This document shows positions 1 to 9,216 of a stretch of DNA of 64,000 nucleotides, one piece after another. Made by a program: the position numbers and the translations under genes. How positions within the stretch are numbered: position 1 is the first letter of the stretch; each line of letters opens with the position of its first letter. The notes beneath the pieces were generated by a model. That model saw only the letters and a list, made by a program, of their open reading frames with translations, searched no databases and was not told the DNA's origin. The stretch is taken from the IMG/VR virus record IMGVR_UViG_3300024264_002047. One strand, 5' to 3'. Source of the DNA: a virus.

Positions 1-238
1 TTAATATTCCAACACAAAGTACAAAGAAGGAAACACCATTTAATAATATAAGTGCTCTATCTTCCCATAGTAGTGATACCCATAACCATAAAGCAATACC
101 GAAAGTACCTGCGATTAAATCAACGTCCCTCCATTCAGGACCTGCCGCTCTTGCGCATATTGCTGTCATAACTAACATTGATGCCATCCATTTGATGTAC
201 CAATCTAACTTCCTTTCACCTCTATCACTACGTATCAT
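1..238 (-). CDS. Small multi-TM membrane protein (DUF6552-like), runs off window edge
   Basis: Hand translation MIRSDRGERKLDWYIKWMASMLV...LWEDRALILLNGV; shares LDxYIKW and WxDxA motifs with 1129..1527. Confidence 0.65.
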   Translation of the reverse strand, partial: MIRSDRGERKLDWYIKWMASMLVMTAICARAAGPEWRDVDLIAGTFGIALWLWVSLLWEDRALILLNGVSFFVLCVGIL

Positions 239-239
239 A

Positions 240-428
240 TTACTCTGTGATTACCGTTTCCGTTAAAATATTAGCAGTTGGAAAATCAACGACGATATGA
301 TCAAGTCTTAGAACGTATGTTCTATCAGGGTCGGCAAATTCACCGGCTGCTGCTTCTAATACTTGACCGACTACTTCTAAGGTTCTATCTGCGTCGCCTT
401 CGTGTGTATATGTATATCTCTTTTTCAT
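240..428 (-). CDS. Hypothetical protein
   Basis: 62 aa ORF overlapping the stop of the upstream gene by 4 nt. Confidence 0.6.
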   Translation of the reverse strand: MKKRYTYTHEGDADRTLEVVGQVLEAAAGEFADPDRTYVLRLDHIVVDFPTANILTETVITE

Positions 429-1132
429 AATTGTTTTAAAACCTCCCAGGTTTGTTTGTAAGATTCAACAGGATATGTAGTTCCTGTCTTACTTAGTTCT
501 ATTGTTAAGGCAAGAGGATAATCGTTGCCTCCGTAAGTCATTTTGTCTCCAAAGAAATGTATATGATCGTATTCTTTTGATAATACATCCCATGCTTTAG
601 ATTTGTTATTACCTCTTGGAGCAATATCAATACTGATCTCTCCACCAACCGATGCGTGGAAGTCTGGGTATTCACTATTAATCTCTTCGCATATTAAATA
701 CCTTTCGTGATACTTCTTATCCCATGCAAAGTATTCCTTTCGTTGATCTGCTGAACAATTACGCCCAACAATCGAAAAGTTAATCATACCAGTTCTTTCT
801 TCAATATGTCCATCTGTTCTAACAGGATATCGACTATTAGCAACCTTATCTTTAAGAAACTTTTTAAATTCATAAGGTGGAGTAAAATCATTCTTACTCT
901 GTAATTGAGATCCAATCCAAAATTCGTTACCATTACATTGCCATACGCCTTTACAAGTCTCGTAAAAAGAGAATCCTAATTGTTCGTATGTCTTTAATCT
1001 ATCGGATCCTGTTACGAGGTATACGTCGTTTGACTCCACGAATTCTATCATAAACGATTTAAAATCCGGATCCATAGGTAAACGGGAATCTGTTAGTGTT
1101 CCGTCTACATCAAATACAAATGCTTCTTTCAT
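425..1132 (-). CDS. Phosphomannomutase, HAD-IIB (eukaryotic PMM-like)
   Basis: FDVDGTL, VTGSD, ERTGMINFSIVGR, GGEISIDI, FFGDK..GGNDY motifs. Confidence 0.88.
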   Translation of the reverse strand: MKEAFVFDVDGTLTDSRLPMDPDFKSFMIEFVESNDVYLVTGSDRLKTYEQLGFSFYETCKGVWQCNGNEFWIGSQLQSKNDFTPPYEFKKFLKDKVANSRYPVRTDGHIEERTGMINFSIVGRNCSADQRKEYFAWDKKYHERYLICEEINSEYPDFHASVGGEISIDIAPRGNNKSKAWDVLSKEYDHIHFFGDKMTYGGNDYPLALTIELSKTGTTYPVESYKQTWEVLKQL

Positions 1133-1527
1133 ATATATTCCGTTAGATTTAATAGTACAGCCGTTCCTGTTATTGCACTACCAATCATAATTGCTTTATC
1201 ATTCCAACAATGTCCTACATACGTCCATGCAATAGAACTCATAGCATACGCAACTTTACCTACAAAAATAAAACCTGCGCTTTGAGTAAATACTCCTATC
1301 ACTGCAAGTATCGTTGCTCCCCATTTAATATAACTATCAAGCGTACCTTCTGGTGTTACTGGTGATAGGTCTTCTACTTGCACTTGGAGTTCTGCCATCT
1401 CTGTTCTTAATCGAGCTTTCTCTGCAGATAGTTCCATCGCAAGACGACCAGTTTTAGACATAGCACTATCTTTGTACTGTTCCTTAATCTCTTGCTTTAT
1501 TTCTTTTGCTAAATCTGTTTGAACCAT
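1129..1527 (-). CDS. Coiled-coil plus DUF6552-like membrane protein
   Basis: ORF track 1129..1560; ATG at 1527 preferred because the upstream gene ends at 1529; hydrophobic C-terminus. Confidence 0.65.
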   Translation of the reverse strand: MVQTDLAKEIKQEIKEQYKDSAMSKTGRLAMELSAEKARLRTEMAELQVQVEDLSPVTPEGTLDSYIKWGATILAVIGVFTQSAGFIFVGKVAYAMSSIAWTYVGHCWNDKAIMIGSAITGTAVLLNLTEYI

Positions 1528-1528
1528 T

Positions 1529-1708
1529 TTATATACTTCTTGCTGCAATTTCCTTTTCAACTAATTCTTTTACTTTGGCTAACTTGTACCATAGACCGCT
1601 GAACATCTTCATATGTCCATCTCCGTAGTCGACGATATACCTTTTATAGCCATAAGGTCTTTCAGAGAATATTCTTATATCTCCGTAGCTTTCTTCAAGC
1701 AATCTCAA
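1529..1708 (-). CDS. Hypothetical 59 aa protein (not in ORF track)
   Basis: TTG start, MRLLEESYGDIRIFSERPYGYKRYIV...; fills the gap with tight gene packing. Confidence 0.6.
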   Translation of the reverse strand: MRLLEESYGDIRIFSERPYGYKRYIVDYGDGHMKMFSGLWYKLAKVKELVEKEIAARSI

Positions 1709-1938
1709 TTTAAAAAATCCTCAAGCTTTGGTCTTTCGAGGTTCTCTCTTTCATCCAAAGGTTTAAACATATAATCTGAATAAGCTAAATACATTCTTGT
1801 CCACATATCATTTTCTTGTATGATTGCTTGTAGACGTTTTGACTCCATGTTGCCTTTCTCCCAGGCTCGATGATCGTCTGAATATTGATAGTACCAATCA
1901 TGTTTTTCTAACAATGTAAAAAATTCTGATGCGTCCAT
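1705..1938 (-). CDS. Hypothetical protein (HDWYYxYSDD type)
   Basis: 77 aa ORF, AAGGA RBS upstream; C-terminus KLEDFLN. Confidence 0.7.
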   Translation of the reverse strand: MDASEFFTLLEKHDWYYQYSDDHRAWEKGNMESKRLQAIIQENDMWTRMYLAYSDYMFKPLDERENLERPKLEDFLN

Positions 1939-1941
1939 TAC

Positions 1942-2058
1942 TTATTCCTTTATAATTCTTTTATACTTGTCGTATCCACGTGCGGCTGCCTTCTTACGAT
2001 CCACATGCGTAGCAGGTTTGTTGAACTTATTACAGTTCTTCGCGACTGGATTTCTCAA
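1942..2058 (-). CDS. Small basic protein MRNPVAK... (38 aa, not in ORF track)
   Basis: Hand translation MRNPVAKNCNKFNKPATHVDRKKAAARGY; GAGG upstream. Confidence 0.55.
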   Translation of the reverse strand: MRNPVAKNCNKFNKPATHVDRKKAAARGYDKYKRIIKE

Positions 2059-2212
2059 CCTCTGCTTTTCCATCTTTCCTAAACCTTTTATTATACTGTT
2101 TCTTAATCTTCTTAGCAACACCTGAACGAGTTAGATATATGTACCATTTTCGCATGGTAAAGGCATCAAATTCATCTCCACCTTTTAACGGTATTCTTTT
2201 CTTTTTACTCAT
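2030..2212 (-). CDS. Small basic hypothetical protein
   Basis: 60 aa ORF with AAGGA RBS. Confidence 0.6.
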   Translation of the reverse strand: MSKKKRIPLKGGDEFDAFTMRKWYIYLTRSGVAKKIKKQYNKRFRKDGKAEVEKSSREEL

Positions 2213-2237
2213 TAGCTATTTATCCTTACTTTGTACT

Positions 2238-2314
2238 TGGCACGGCCACCAGGAATCGAACCTGGAACCTACAGCTTAGAAGGCTGTTGCTCTATCCTAT
2301 TGAGCTATGGCCGC
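2238..2314 (-). tRNA. tRNA-Arg(TCT)
   Basis: GCGGCCA acceptor, anticodon arm ACAGC-CTTCTAA-GCTGT, GGTTCGATT T-loop, encoded CCA. Confidence 0.95.
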
Positions 2315-2325
2315 ATTTCCAAATA

Positions 2326-2751
2326 CTAACCCTGTTCAAACTCATTCATAAATTCAATCATGAGTTTCTTTTGTAACCTTCGAGCCTCTATCTCCCAAGG
2401 CTGTTTCCAATATTCTGTTTCGGAATGGTCCTTACCTTTCCAATATTGTAGATTCTCTGTTAACTCTCCTCGAGCAAACTGTTTTACATGGACTAACTCA
2501 TGAGCCAATGTCGACATCCAATTCCCATACAACGCGATGTCTATAATAAAATTTCTCGAATCCACGGACTCGCAAAGTCCCTCACTGTGGGAGTTGTCTA
2601 CAAAGAGATTGTGATGGAACCTAACCTGAATGTTGGTACGGAGTCGATTGATGCCAAGCTTCTTTGAGAATAACTTAACTGCCATCAGTGCCGAAGCCTG
2701 TAGATTCATTGGTAACTGTCCGTCACGTGGACCCGAGAAAAAAACTTTCAT
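2326..2751 (-). CDS. Putative zinc metallopeptidase (HExxH)
   Basis: TLAHELVHVKQ and QPWEIEA motifs. Confidence 0.75.
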   Translation of the reverse strand: MKVFFSGPRDGQLPMNLQASALMAVKLFSKKLGINRLRTNIQVRFHHNLFVDNSHSEGLCESVDSRNFIIDIALYGNWMSTLAHELVHVKQFARGELTENLQYWKGKDHSETEYWKQPWEIEARRLQKKLMIEFMNEFEQG

Positions 2752-2754
2752 AAT

Positions 2755-2907
2755 CTATAACCCAAAAATAATAAAAAGTATTATAAGCGATAACATCAAA
2801 AACGCGTTATCCCATACTGTCTCCGCAAGCCATAGTAAGAACTTGATACCTGCGAAGAAAACAACTGCCACCGTAAAGATGGCTATAAGAACTGTAATTA
2901 GTTCCAT
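2755..2907 (-). CDS. Small two-TM membrane protein (50 aa, not in ORF track)
   Basis: MELITVLIAIFTVAVVFFAGIKFLLWLAETVWDNAFLMLSLIILFIIFGL; fills the gap. Confidence 0.55.
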   Translation of the reverse strand: MELITVLIAIFTVAVVFFAGIKFLLWLAETVWDNAFLMLSLIILFIIFGL

Positions 2908-3137
2908 TCTTGGTTGATCGCACCTTCGTTATATGATGGTGACAAATTTAACTCCGAGGTTGCATCAAACTTATCATCTGAATACAACGCAAAATCTTTC
3001 ATCTTGGCTAACTTGTTGGCAGCACGTTCATTCTTTGCTGCTTCTCTACGTTCTTTGTTAGCTTCTTCCTTTTCGTACTTCTTTTTCATTTTGGTCAATT
3101 CACGCATGATCACTTCGTAAGAACTTAACTTGGTCAT
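2898..3137 (-). CDS. Hypothetical protein
   Basis: 79 aa, GGAGG RBS, coupled to upstream stop. Confidence 0.65.
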   Translation of the reverse strand: MTKLSSYEVIMRELTKMKKKYEKEEANKERREAAKNERAANKLAKMKDFALYSDDKFDATSELNLSPSYNEGAINQEWN

Positions 3138-3499
3138 TATACTGCCTCCGCGTAATTCATTGTAATATTAAAGTATTCAGTTACATAAGCAGAGACGATA
3201 CCAGAGGTACCACCAATATGCCATCTGTAAATAGGATTGGATCTTGCCTCAAATCCTCCGTCATAGTCTTTCCAATTATAAATGGTAAAAGGACGGATTG
3301 CATTGTGATCGGAATCCTCAACTTGCATTTCCCACTCGATGTCGACTTTGCCGTCACCTGAGGTTTCTGTAATAGTTGGTTCACCGAAGACTTTAACCAG
3401 TTCTGCATAAGAACAAGTGATATAGCCTTGAAGACTAGTCGAAACGAACTCCGACCGTGGTTTGATTTTATAGTTTTCTAAATTCATAACAACTCCCAT
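3137..3499 (-). CDS. Hypothetical phage protein (TSLQG...FGEP...TIYNWK...WHIGG)
   Basis: 120 aa ORF directly downstream of a sigma70 promoter. Confidence 0.75.
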   Translation of the reverse strand: MGVVMNLENYKIKPRSEFVSTSLQGYITCSYAELVKVFGEPTITETSGDGKVDIEWEMQVEDSDHNAIRPFTIYNWKDYDGGFEARSNPIYRWHIGGTSGIVSAYVTEYFNITMNYAEAV

Positions 3500-3528
3500 T
3501 GCGTTTAAATTTCAATTTTTCAGATTAT

Positions 3529-3557
3529 ATTATAACCAATTATTCGTAACTTGTCAA
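3529..3557 (-). promoter_or_regulatory. Sigma70-type early promoter
   Basis: TTGACA-N17-TATAAT on the minus strand. Confidence 0.85.
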
Positions 3558-3622
3558 TAGTTTTATGATAAAAAGTTCATATTCCTTAGAACATTTAGTT
3601 ATATAGAACTGATTATTAATAA

Positions 3623-3835
3623 CTAAACTCCGTGAGTCATGTGTTCGTAGGCTTCAGGACAAGTATTGACGTTGTCTCCGCAACCGCAGATCTGATCCTC
3701 TTCAATTGATGGTGCTCCGACCATATCCCTGATTTGTGATTCAGTATACCTTTGTTTGCCACCTACGGTGGATTGCTGCGCAAGCAGCTTTATTTGTTCA
3801 TGTGTTAATCCCATAATGTACTCCTTTAATGTCAA
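3623..3835 (-). CDS. Hypothetical protein with C-terminal Cys/His cluster
   Basis: CGCG...C...H motif; real start probably ATG near 3814 after AAGGAG. Confidence 0.6.
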   Translation of the reverse strand: MTLKEYIMGLTHEQIKLLAQQSTVGGKQRYTESQIRDMVGAPSIEEDQICGCGDNVNTCPEAYEHMTHGV

Positions 3836-3867
3836 GACTCTATTGTTGTATTAGAGATGATATATCT

Positions 3868-3896
3868 ATTATAAACAGATCAACTGCATCTGTCAA
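3868..3896 (-). promoter_or_regulatory. Sigma70-type early promoter
   Basis: TTGACA-N17-TATAAT. Confidence 0.85.
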
Positions 3897-3971
3897 CCAC
3901 TTTATGAAATTATTTTCACTAGATTGCTCCTTATACAATATATAGATAGTTGAAGATAACGAAAATAACCA

Positions 3972-4000
3972 TTGACATTTGACTTCAACTGTTGTAGAAT
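3972..4000 (+). promoter_or_regulatory. Sigma70-type promoter
   Basis: TTGACA-N17-TAGAAT. Confidence 0.75.
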
Positions 4001-4088
4001 GGTATCATAATGAATTGTTTGAGAGGGTGGTAAGGCATGATTCGGAAAGATGCAGCCCTGACGACAGATCATTTATTTGAATTAACTA

Positions 4089-4117
4089 TTGACATCGACT
4101 GTAAACTATGTTATAAT
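4089..4117 (+). promoter_or_regulatory. Sigma70-type promoter for topoisomerase genes
   Basis: TTGACA-N17-TATAAT. Confidence 0.85.
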
Positions 4118-4142
4118 GGTGGTTGATGATGGAGATTAACAA

Positions 4143-5969
4143 TTGACTAAAAATACTGAACAGTTCAGAATCCTAACTGCTCGACAGCATGTTCGAGAAA
4201 GGATTGGTATGTACATGGGCTCAGCTTCTAAGGAGGAGATCGAAAGATTCGTTCTCGGAGAATGGAAGAAAGCAACGTATGTACCTGCACTATCAAAAAT
4301 GGTAGACGAGATTCTCGATAATGCTATCGACGAAGCTATCCGTACCAATTTCAAATTCGCAAACAAAATTAATGTATCTATTAATAACAACGAAGTAACC
4401 GTCACTGACAATGGTCGAGGTATTCCTCAAGACAAGATCTTTGACGAAGCTTCAAACGAAAACATCTTAAGACCTGTCGCTGCTTGGACGAAAGTCAATG
4501 CAGGTACTTCTTTTGATGACGAACGAGTTACAATCGGTACTAACGGTGTCGGTTCAGCTGCAACCAATTTCCTATCTAAAACATTCACAGGTAAAACATG
4601 GTCTAATAAAAAGTCAATTCAACTTGACTGTAAAGACGGTGCTGATACCATGAAAGTCAAGACAGGCAGTAAAGCAGGAAACGGTACTGAGGTATCATTT
4701 GTTCCTGACTTTGATTTGTTTGAAGTTGATGCATTGGACCAACTTGATACTATTATATTAATTGAAGATCGTCTTATCAGTTTGCAGATGGCATTTCCTG
4801 AGATTCAGTTTTCCTTTAATAAAAAGAAGATCATGGTTAACAACTTCAAGAAGTATACTGAAATGTTTTCTGATATCGCAATCATGGAGAAGACAAATAA
4901 TCTTTCCTACTTTATTGCTCCTTCGGAAGATGGGTTCAGAACTAACAGTTATGTTAACGGAGTGAATACAAGACAGGGTGGTACTTATGTTGACCACTTT
5001 ATGAATACTATTATTGATTCGTTAACTGTTAAAATTAAAAGACGTCATAAGGTCGAAGTATTAAAGACAACGATCAAGAGTGGTATTACATTTGTTATGT
5101 TCGCTCGAAACTTTGTGAATCCTAAATTTGATTCTCAAACAAAAGAACGTCTAACTAATCCAATTGGTAATATTAAGGAACACCTAGATATCTGTCAGGT
5201 ACGTGATGCTGAGTGGCTTGCGAACAAGATATTAAATACTCCTGATATTATTGACCCAATCATTGAGGCTCAATTAGCAAAGAAGCTAGCGGCCGATAGA
5301 AGAGCTGCTACATTAGCACAAAAGAAACTTCGTAAGGTAAAAGTTGCGAAACATATCTCTGCTAATAAAGACAATGCAACTCTGAAAATTGTGGAAGGAG
5401 ATTCTGCAATGGGATTCCTATTAAAGGTACGTGATCCTGATACAGTTGGAGCGTTTCCACTTCGAGGTGTCATTATGAATACCTGGGATATGAAACCTGC
5501 AGAAGTATTAAAGAATAAGGAACTATCCGAATTGGTAGCAGTTCTGGGTCTCGATATTAACGATCCAGACAGTGTGGACAATATGACATACAAATATATT
5601 GCTACATTAACTGATGCTGACCATGACGGTATAGGACATATATCACCATTGTTAATTGCGTTCTTTTACAAATTTTGGCCTCGCCTGTTATTAGAGAATC
5701 GTGTTCAGATTACAAGAACACCTATTATGATCTCATCTAAAGCAAAAGATGTTAAATGGTTCTATACTTATGAAGATGCTCAGGAGTTCAAAAAGAACGG
5801 TGGATATCATCATAGATATATTAAAGGTCTAGGTTCATTAACCGAAGACGAATACCATACTATTATTAACAAGCCGCAGTATGATACTGTTACTGTCGAT
5901 GATGCATCGGTATTTCAAATGATGTTTGGTAAAGATTCAAGTTTAAGAAAGGAGTATATGTTCGCATGA
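4143..5969 (+). CDS. 39+60: DNA topoisomerase II large subunit (fused gp39+gp60)
   Basis: EILDNAID, DNGRGIP, GTNGVG (GHKL ATPase); EGDSA, PLRG, DADHDG, YIKGLG (Toprim). Confidence 0.95.
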   Translation: MTKNTEQFRILTARQHVRERIGMYMGSASKEEIERFVLGEWKKATYVPALSKMVDEILDNAIDEAIRTNFKFANKINVSINNNEVTVTDNGRGIPQDKIFDEASNENILRPVAAWTKVNAGTSFDDERVTIGTNGVGSAATNFLSKTFTGKTWSNKKSIQLDCKDGADTMKVKTGSKAGNGTEVSFVPDFDLFEVDALDQLDTIILIEDRLISLQMAFPEIQFSFNKKKIMVNNFKKYTEMFSDIAIMEKTNNLSYFIAPSEDGFRTNSYVNGVNTRQGGTYVDHFMNTIIDSLTVKIKRRHKVEVLKTTIKSGITFVMFARNFVNPKFDSQTKERLTNPIGNIKEHLDICQVRDAEWLANKILNTPDIIDPIIEAQLAKKLAADRRAATLAQKKLRKVKVAKHISANKDNATLKIVEGDSAMGFLLKVRDPDTVGAFPLRGVIMNTWDMKPAEVLKNKELSELVAVLGLDINDPDSVDNMTYKYIATLTDADHDGIGHISPLLIAFFYKFWPRLLLENRVQITRTPIMISSKAKDVKWFYTYEDAQEFKKNGGYHHRYIKGLGSLTEDEYHTIINKPQYDTVTVDDASVFQMMFGKDSSLRKEYMFA

Positions 5970-7309
5970 ATTTAGAAATGTTTACAGAAGAGCTGAAGGG
6001 TAATAACTATCCAATTTCAAAGGTTGCTGCTAACGAATGGAAATCATTCGCAATGTACACCGTTGAGAGTCGTGCTATTCCTAATATGATTGATGGTCTT
6101 AAACCTGTTCAAAGGTTCTACCTTTATTCTTCATTATTAAATAGCAAGAAGGATTTCAAAAAGGTATCTGCAGTGTCAGGTATTATTTCTGACTATGGTT
6201 ATAATCATGGTGAATCCTCCGCTGCTGGTGCAGGTCAATTAATGGCTGCTGAATGGAATAACAACATCTGCTTGATTGAAGGTCGTGGATCCTTTGGTAC
6301 TCGATTGGTTCAAGAAGCTGGTGCTGCTCGTTATGTCTACTCAAGAGTACATGACAATTTCAATAAGTACATTAAAGATATTGATCTTGCTCCTATTCAC
6401 GAAGATCCTGAACACGAACCACCTTCATTCTATTTACCGATTCTACCTTTAGTGTTGGTCAATGGAACAAAAGGTATCGCAACCGGATTCGCAACGAATA
6501 TATTACCACACAACCCAAAAGATTTAAAGAAGGCTTGTATTCAATATTTGGATAAAGGTAAAATTACCACAAAGCCTAAAGTTATGTTTCCTGATTTCAA
6601 AGGAACGGTTGAACAATCGAAAGAAGACCCAACCAAATATGTTTCGTATGGTATCTTCAAACGTTCTGGTAAAACAGGCGTCTCCATCACAGAGGTACCA
6701 TACGGCTTCGACCGAGAAGGTTATGTTAAGGTACTCGATAAGTTGGAAGAGGAAGGAGATATCGTATCTTACGAAGACAAATGTAATAAGGACGGTTTCC
6801 GTTTCGAAGTAAAGCTCAAACTTTCTTCAGTTAAATGGACAGATACCAAACTCATTACCAAGTTTAAACTCAGTAAGCCATTTGCTCAAAACCTAACAGT
6901 GATTGATTTTGATGGTAAACTTCGCGAATACACAGATGCTCGAGACCTTGTAAAGGACTTTTGCGATTACCGCCTTGGTATATTGCAGCAGAGAATTGAT
7001 GCTCGTATAAAAGAGTTTAATGAAGAGGTCCGTTGGCTTAATGTTAAAATGGAATTCATTCAAGCAAATATTGATGATCAGATAGTATATAAAAATAATA
7101 CTAAAGATCAGGTCGTCAATCAAATAATGCAAGAGACATCTGCGCTAGGAGGTGACACAAACAGATTGCTCGCATTAAGTTTCTTAAATGCAACAAATGA
7201 AGAAATTGTAAAGTTAAAGAAACAGATTGAGGAATCTAAAACAACATTAAGCTTTTGGCAATCAACCACACCGCAAGAACAATTTAATACAGACCTGGAG
7301 AATGTATAA
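5966..7309 (+). CDS. 52: DNA topoisomerase II medium subunit gp52
   Basis: RAIP..DGLKPVQR, YNHGE, AARY catalytic Tyr, GIATGF. Confidence 0.95.
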   Translation: MNLEMFTEELKGNNYPISKVAANEWKSFAMYTVESRAIPNMIDGLKPVQRFYLYSSLLNSKKDFKKVSAVSGIISDYGYNHGESSAAGAGQLMAAEWNNNICLIEGRGSFGTRLVQEAGAARYVYSRVHDNFNKYIKDIDLAPIHEDPEHEPPSFYLPILPLVLVNGTKGIATGFATNILPHNPKDLKKACIQYLDKGKITTKPKVMFPDFKGTVEQSKEDPTKYVSYGIFKRSGKTGVSITEVPYGFDREGYVKVLDKLEEEGDIVSYEDKCNKDGFRFEVKLKLSSVKWTDTKLITKFKLSKPFAQNLTVIDFDGKLREYTDARDLVKDFCDYRLGILQQRIDARIKEFNEEVRWLNVKMEFIQANIDDQIVYKNNTKDQVVNQIMQETSALGGDTNRLLALSFLNATNEEIVKLKKQIEESKTTLSFWQSTTPQEQFNTDLENV

Positions 7310-7599
7310 TGGAAAGTAAAATAGCAACTGTAGAACTCGACACAAGCGCTTGGATAGATGAAGATGGTGTTGGAGTTTGTGTTTATGTTGGAGAAGGTTG
7401 TGAACCTGTCGTAGAAACAACATTTGACTTTGAAACATTAGTAGAAAACCACTTTGAAGGTTATACTATTAATGATAAGATTAGGCCAATGGATTTTGCC
7501 GAGGTTGAAGCAACAGTAATTAAATTAGAACAAATGGCAAAGTATGCTCGCAATATGCTTGAAGATTATACGACCGTAGATTTGTTCGAAGAGGAATAA
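7309..7599 (+). CDS. Acidic hypothetical protein
   Basis: 96 aa, coupled start, GGAG RBS. Confidence 0.7.
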   Translation: MESKIATVELDTSAWIDEDGVGVCVYVGEGCEPVVETTFDFETLVENHFEGYTINDKIRPMDFAEVEATVIKLEQMAKYARNMLEDYTTVDLFEEE

Positions 7600-7603
7600 A
7601 TAA

Positions 7604-7765
7604 TTGAACAAGATATGGAATATATGGAAATACTCCTTAGGTGGATTTTCCGACGATAAAACAGAACCATACGATAACTATGTTGCTATTGTAAGAACGG
7701 TTATTATTGGTGTAAACTTTTTAACATGCTTTTTTATTATGAGCAACGTGGTACACAATTGGTAG
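7604..7765 (+). CDS. Small membrane protein (53 aa, not in ORF track)
   Basis: MNKIWNIWKYSLGGFSDDKTEPYDNYVAIVRT...VHNW; GAGGA RBS. Confidence 0.65.
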   Translation: MNKIWNIWKYSLGGFSDDKTEPYDNYVAIVRTVIIGVNFLTCFFIMSNVVHNW

Positions 7766-7768
7766 ATC

Positions 7769-8473
7769 ATGGAACAGAAAAACTTAAACTTAAATTTACT
7801 TACCGAAGGACTACCCTTAACAGATGTCCAAACATTATATCATGAGTTCTTTTATAGAAAAGATTACCAGTGGTGGCGTGATGTTGAGCCAGGTGATATC
7901 GTTGTTGATATTGGTGCTTGTGTTGGGTTCTTTGTTTGTCATGCTCTTGATCGCAACGCTGGCAGGATCATTGCTGTCGAACCTTCGAGGCCTCATCTCA
8001 AAACTCTAATACGAAATATATCAGACTACTTTATTGATCATGGTAAGGTTCCTGTCTTGCCTATCGAAGCAGGTATTGGTTCAACCGCAAATCATTTCGC
8101 AAATGTATTCTCAGAACATAAAGATTACAGAAAGATGTCATTCTTGGATCTTGTCGTTGATTACGATATACCACATATTGATTATTTAAAAATTGATTGT
8201 GAAGGTGGTGAATATGGTATCTTTACAGAAATGAATATTCCTTATCTCAAAAACAATGTAAAACATATTGCCGTAGAGTTTCATATGAACGCATATAGTG
8301 GTTGTGTTAAGCAGTGGCAAAAGTTCCGTGATGGATTACTCAGACAGTTCGATGTTAATCAAGTACGGTTCCTTGAACACGAGGACAGAGAGAAAGCCTA
8401 TAACGATGATTTTCTAAACGAAGGAAACTTTAAAGATTGGAGTTCCTTTATGTTGTTTATTACCAATTCTTAA
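7769..8473 (+). CDS. FkbM-family SAM methyltransferase
   Basis: VVDIGACVG, AVEP, LKIDCEGGE. Confidence 0.85.
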   Translation: MEQKNLNLNLLTEGLPLTDVQTLYHEFFYRKDYQWWRDVEPGDIVVDIGACVGFFVCHALDRNAGRIIAVEPSRPHLKTLIRNISDYFIDHGKVPVLPIEAGIGSTANHFANVFSEHKDYRKMSFLDLVVDYDIPHIDYLKIDCEGGEYGIFTEMNIPYLKNNVKHIAVEFHMNAYSGCVKQWQKFRDGLLRQFDVNQVRFLEHEDREKAYNDDFLNEGNFKDWSSFMLFITNS

Positions 8474-9155
8474 TATAGAGCATAAACGTATAAGGTACCT
8501 TTTCTTTCCAATCATCAGCCCATAGGTTCTCACCTAACGCCGTATCTTTAAAAAGTAACTTATCTTTTACTTCAACTAAAAACGAATCTCTCCACCGTTC
8601 AAATACTTTGTGCGAATTATATCTATTACCTAAAGTAACTCTTACTGCTGCAAATTTTACGTGACCAGTAAATAACCATAACAGATCTTTATTCAATATA
8701 TTACATTCAGCACCAATTGCATCTACTCGTAAGTAATCTATAATAGGAATCTCAAATCCCTTTATGAGTTCTTGTAGATTTAAAACTTGTGGTTCAGATT
8801 CTGCTCGATATAATGGATTCTGATACATGCCCGATGAATCAATATCTTTTCCTATCGTTGCGCATATAGGATATACTCTACTATAAGGAGGGATGTCAAT
8901 CATATGATCTGAACAGTTGTGTATAGCTGCTCGTAGGATTCTACGATTAGGTTCAACCATATAAAGTTTACTTGCACCAGCTTCTAATGCTTTCTTGGCA
9001 AACATACCGTTTCCAGCACCGATGTCTAAAACTACGTCGGATGGTTGTATTTCATACCACCAATCGTAATCATATTGCTTGTAGATCTGATGCCACATTG
9101 TGCCGATTTCTTCCGGTGTCATACCGGCGTAATCGAAGTGATTGTTTAATTCCAT
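8460..9155 (-). CDS. FkbM-family SAM methyltransferase (paralogue, convergent)
   Basis: VLDIGAGNG, MVEP, LRVDAIGAE; start probably ATG 9155 rather than 9236. Confidence 0.8.
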   Translation of the reverse strand: MELNNHFDYAGMTPEEIGTMWHQIYKQYDYDWWYEIQPSDVVLDIGAGNGMFAKKALEAGASKLYMVEPNRRILRAAIHNCSDHMIDIPPYSRVYPICATIGKDIDSSGMYQNPLYRAESEPQVLNLQELIKGFEIPIIDYLRVDAIGAECNILNKDLLWLFTGHVKFAAVRVTLGNRYNSHKVFERWRDSFLVEVKDKLLFKDTALGENLWADDWKEKVPYTFMLYIKNW

Positions 9156-9199
9156 AACTAATTCCAAACAGATAAATAAATAGTATATACCAATACAGT

Positions 9200-9207
9200 T
9201 ATTTATA
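9200..9207 (-). promoter_or_regulatory. T4-type late promoter TATAAATA
   Basis: Exact consensus about 45 nt upstream of the minus-strand FkbM gene. Confidence 0.65.
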
Positions 9208-9216
9208 GGAATTGAG

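Noticed and set aside
4040-4070. Hammerhead ribozyme (CTGACGA plus GAAA present)
   Set aside because: Could not build stems I-III in a valid order around the core
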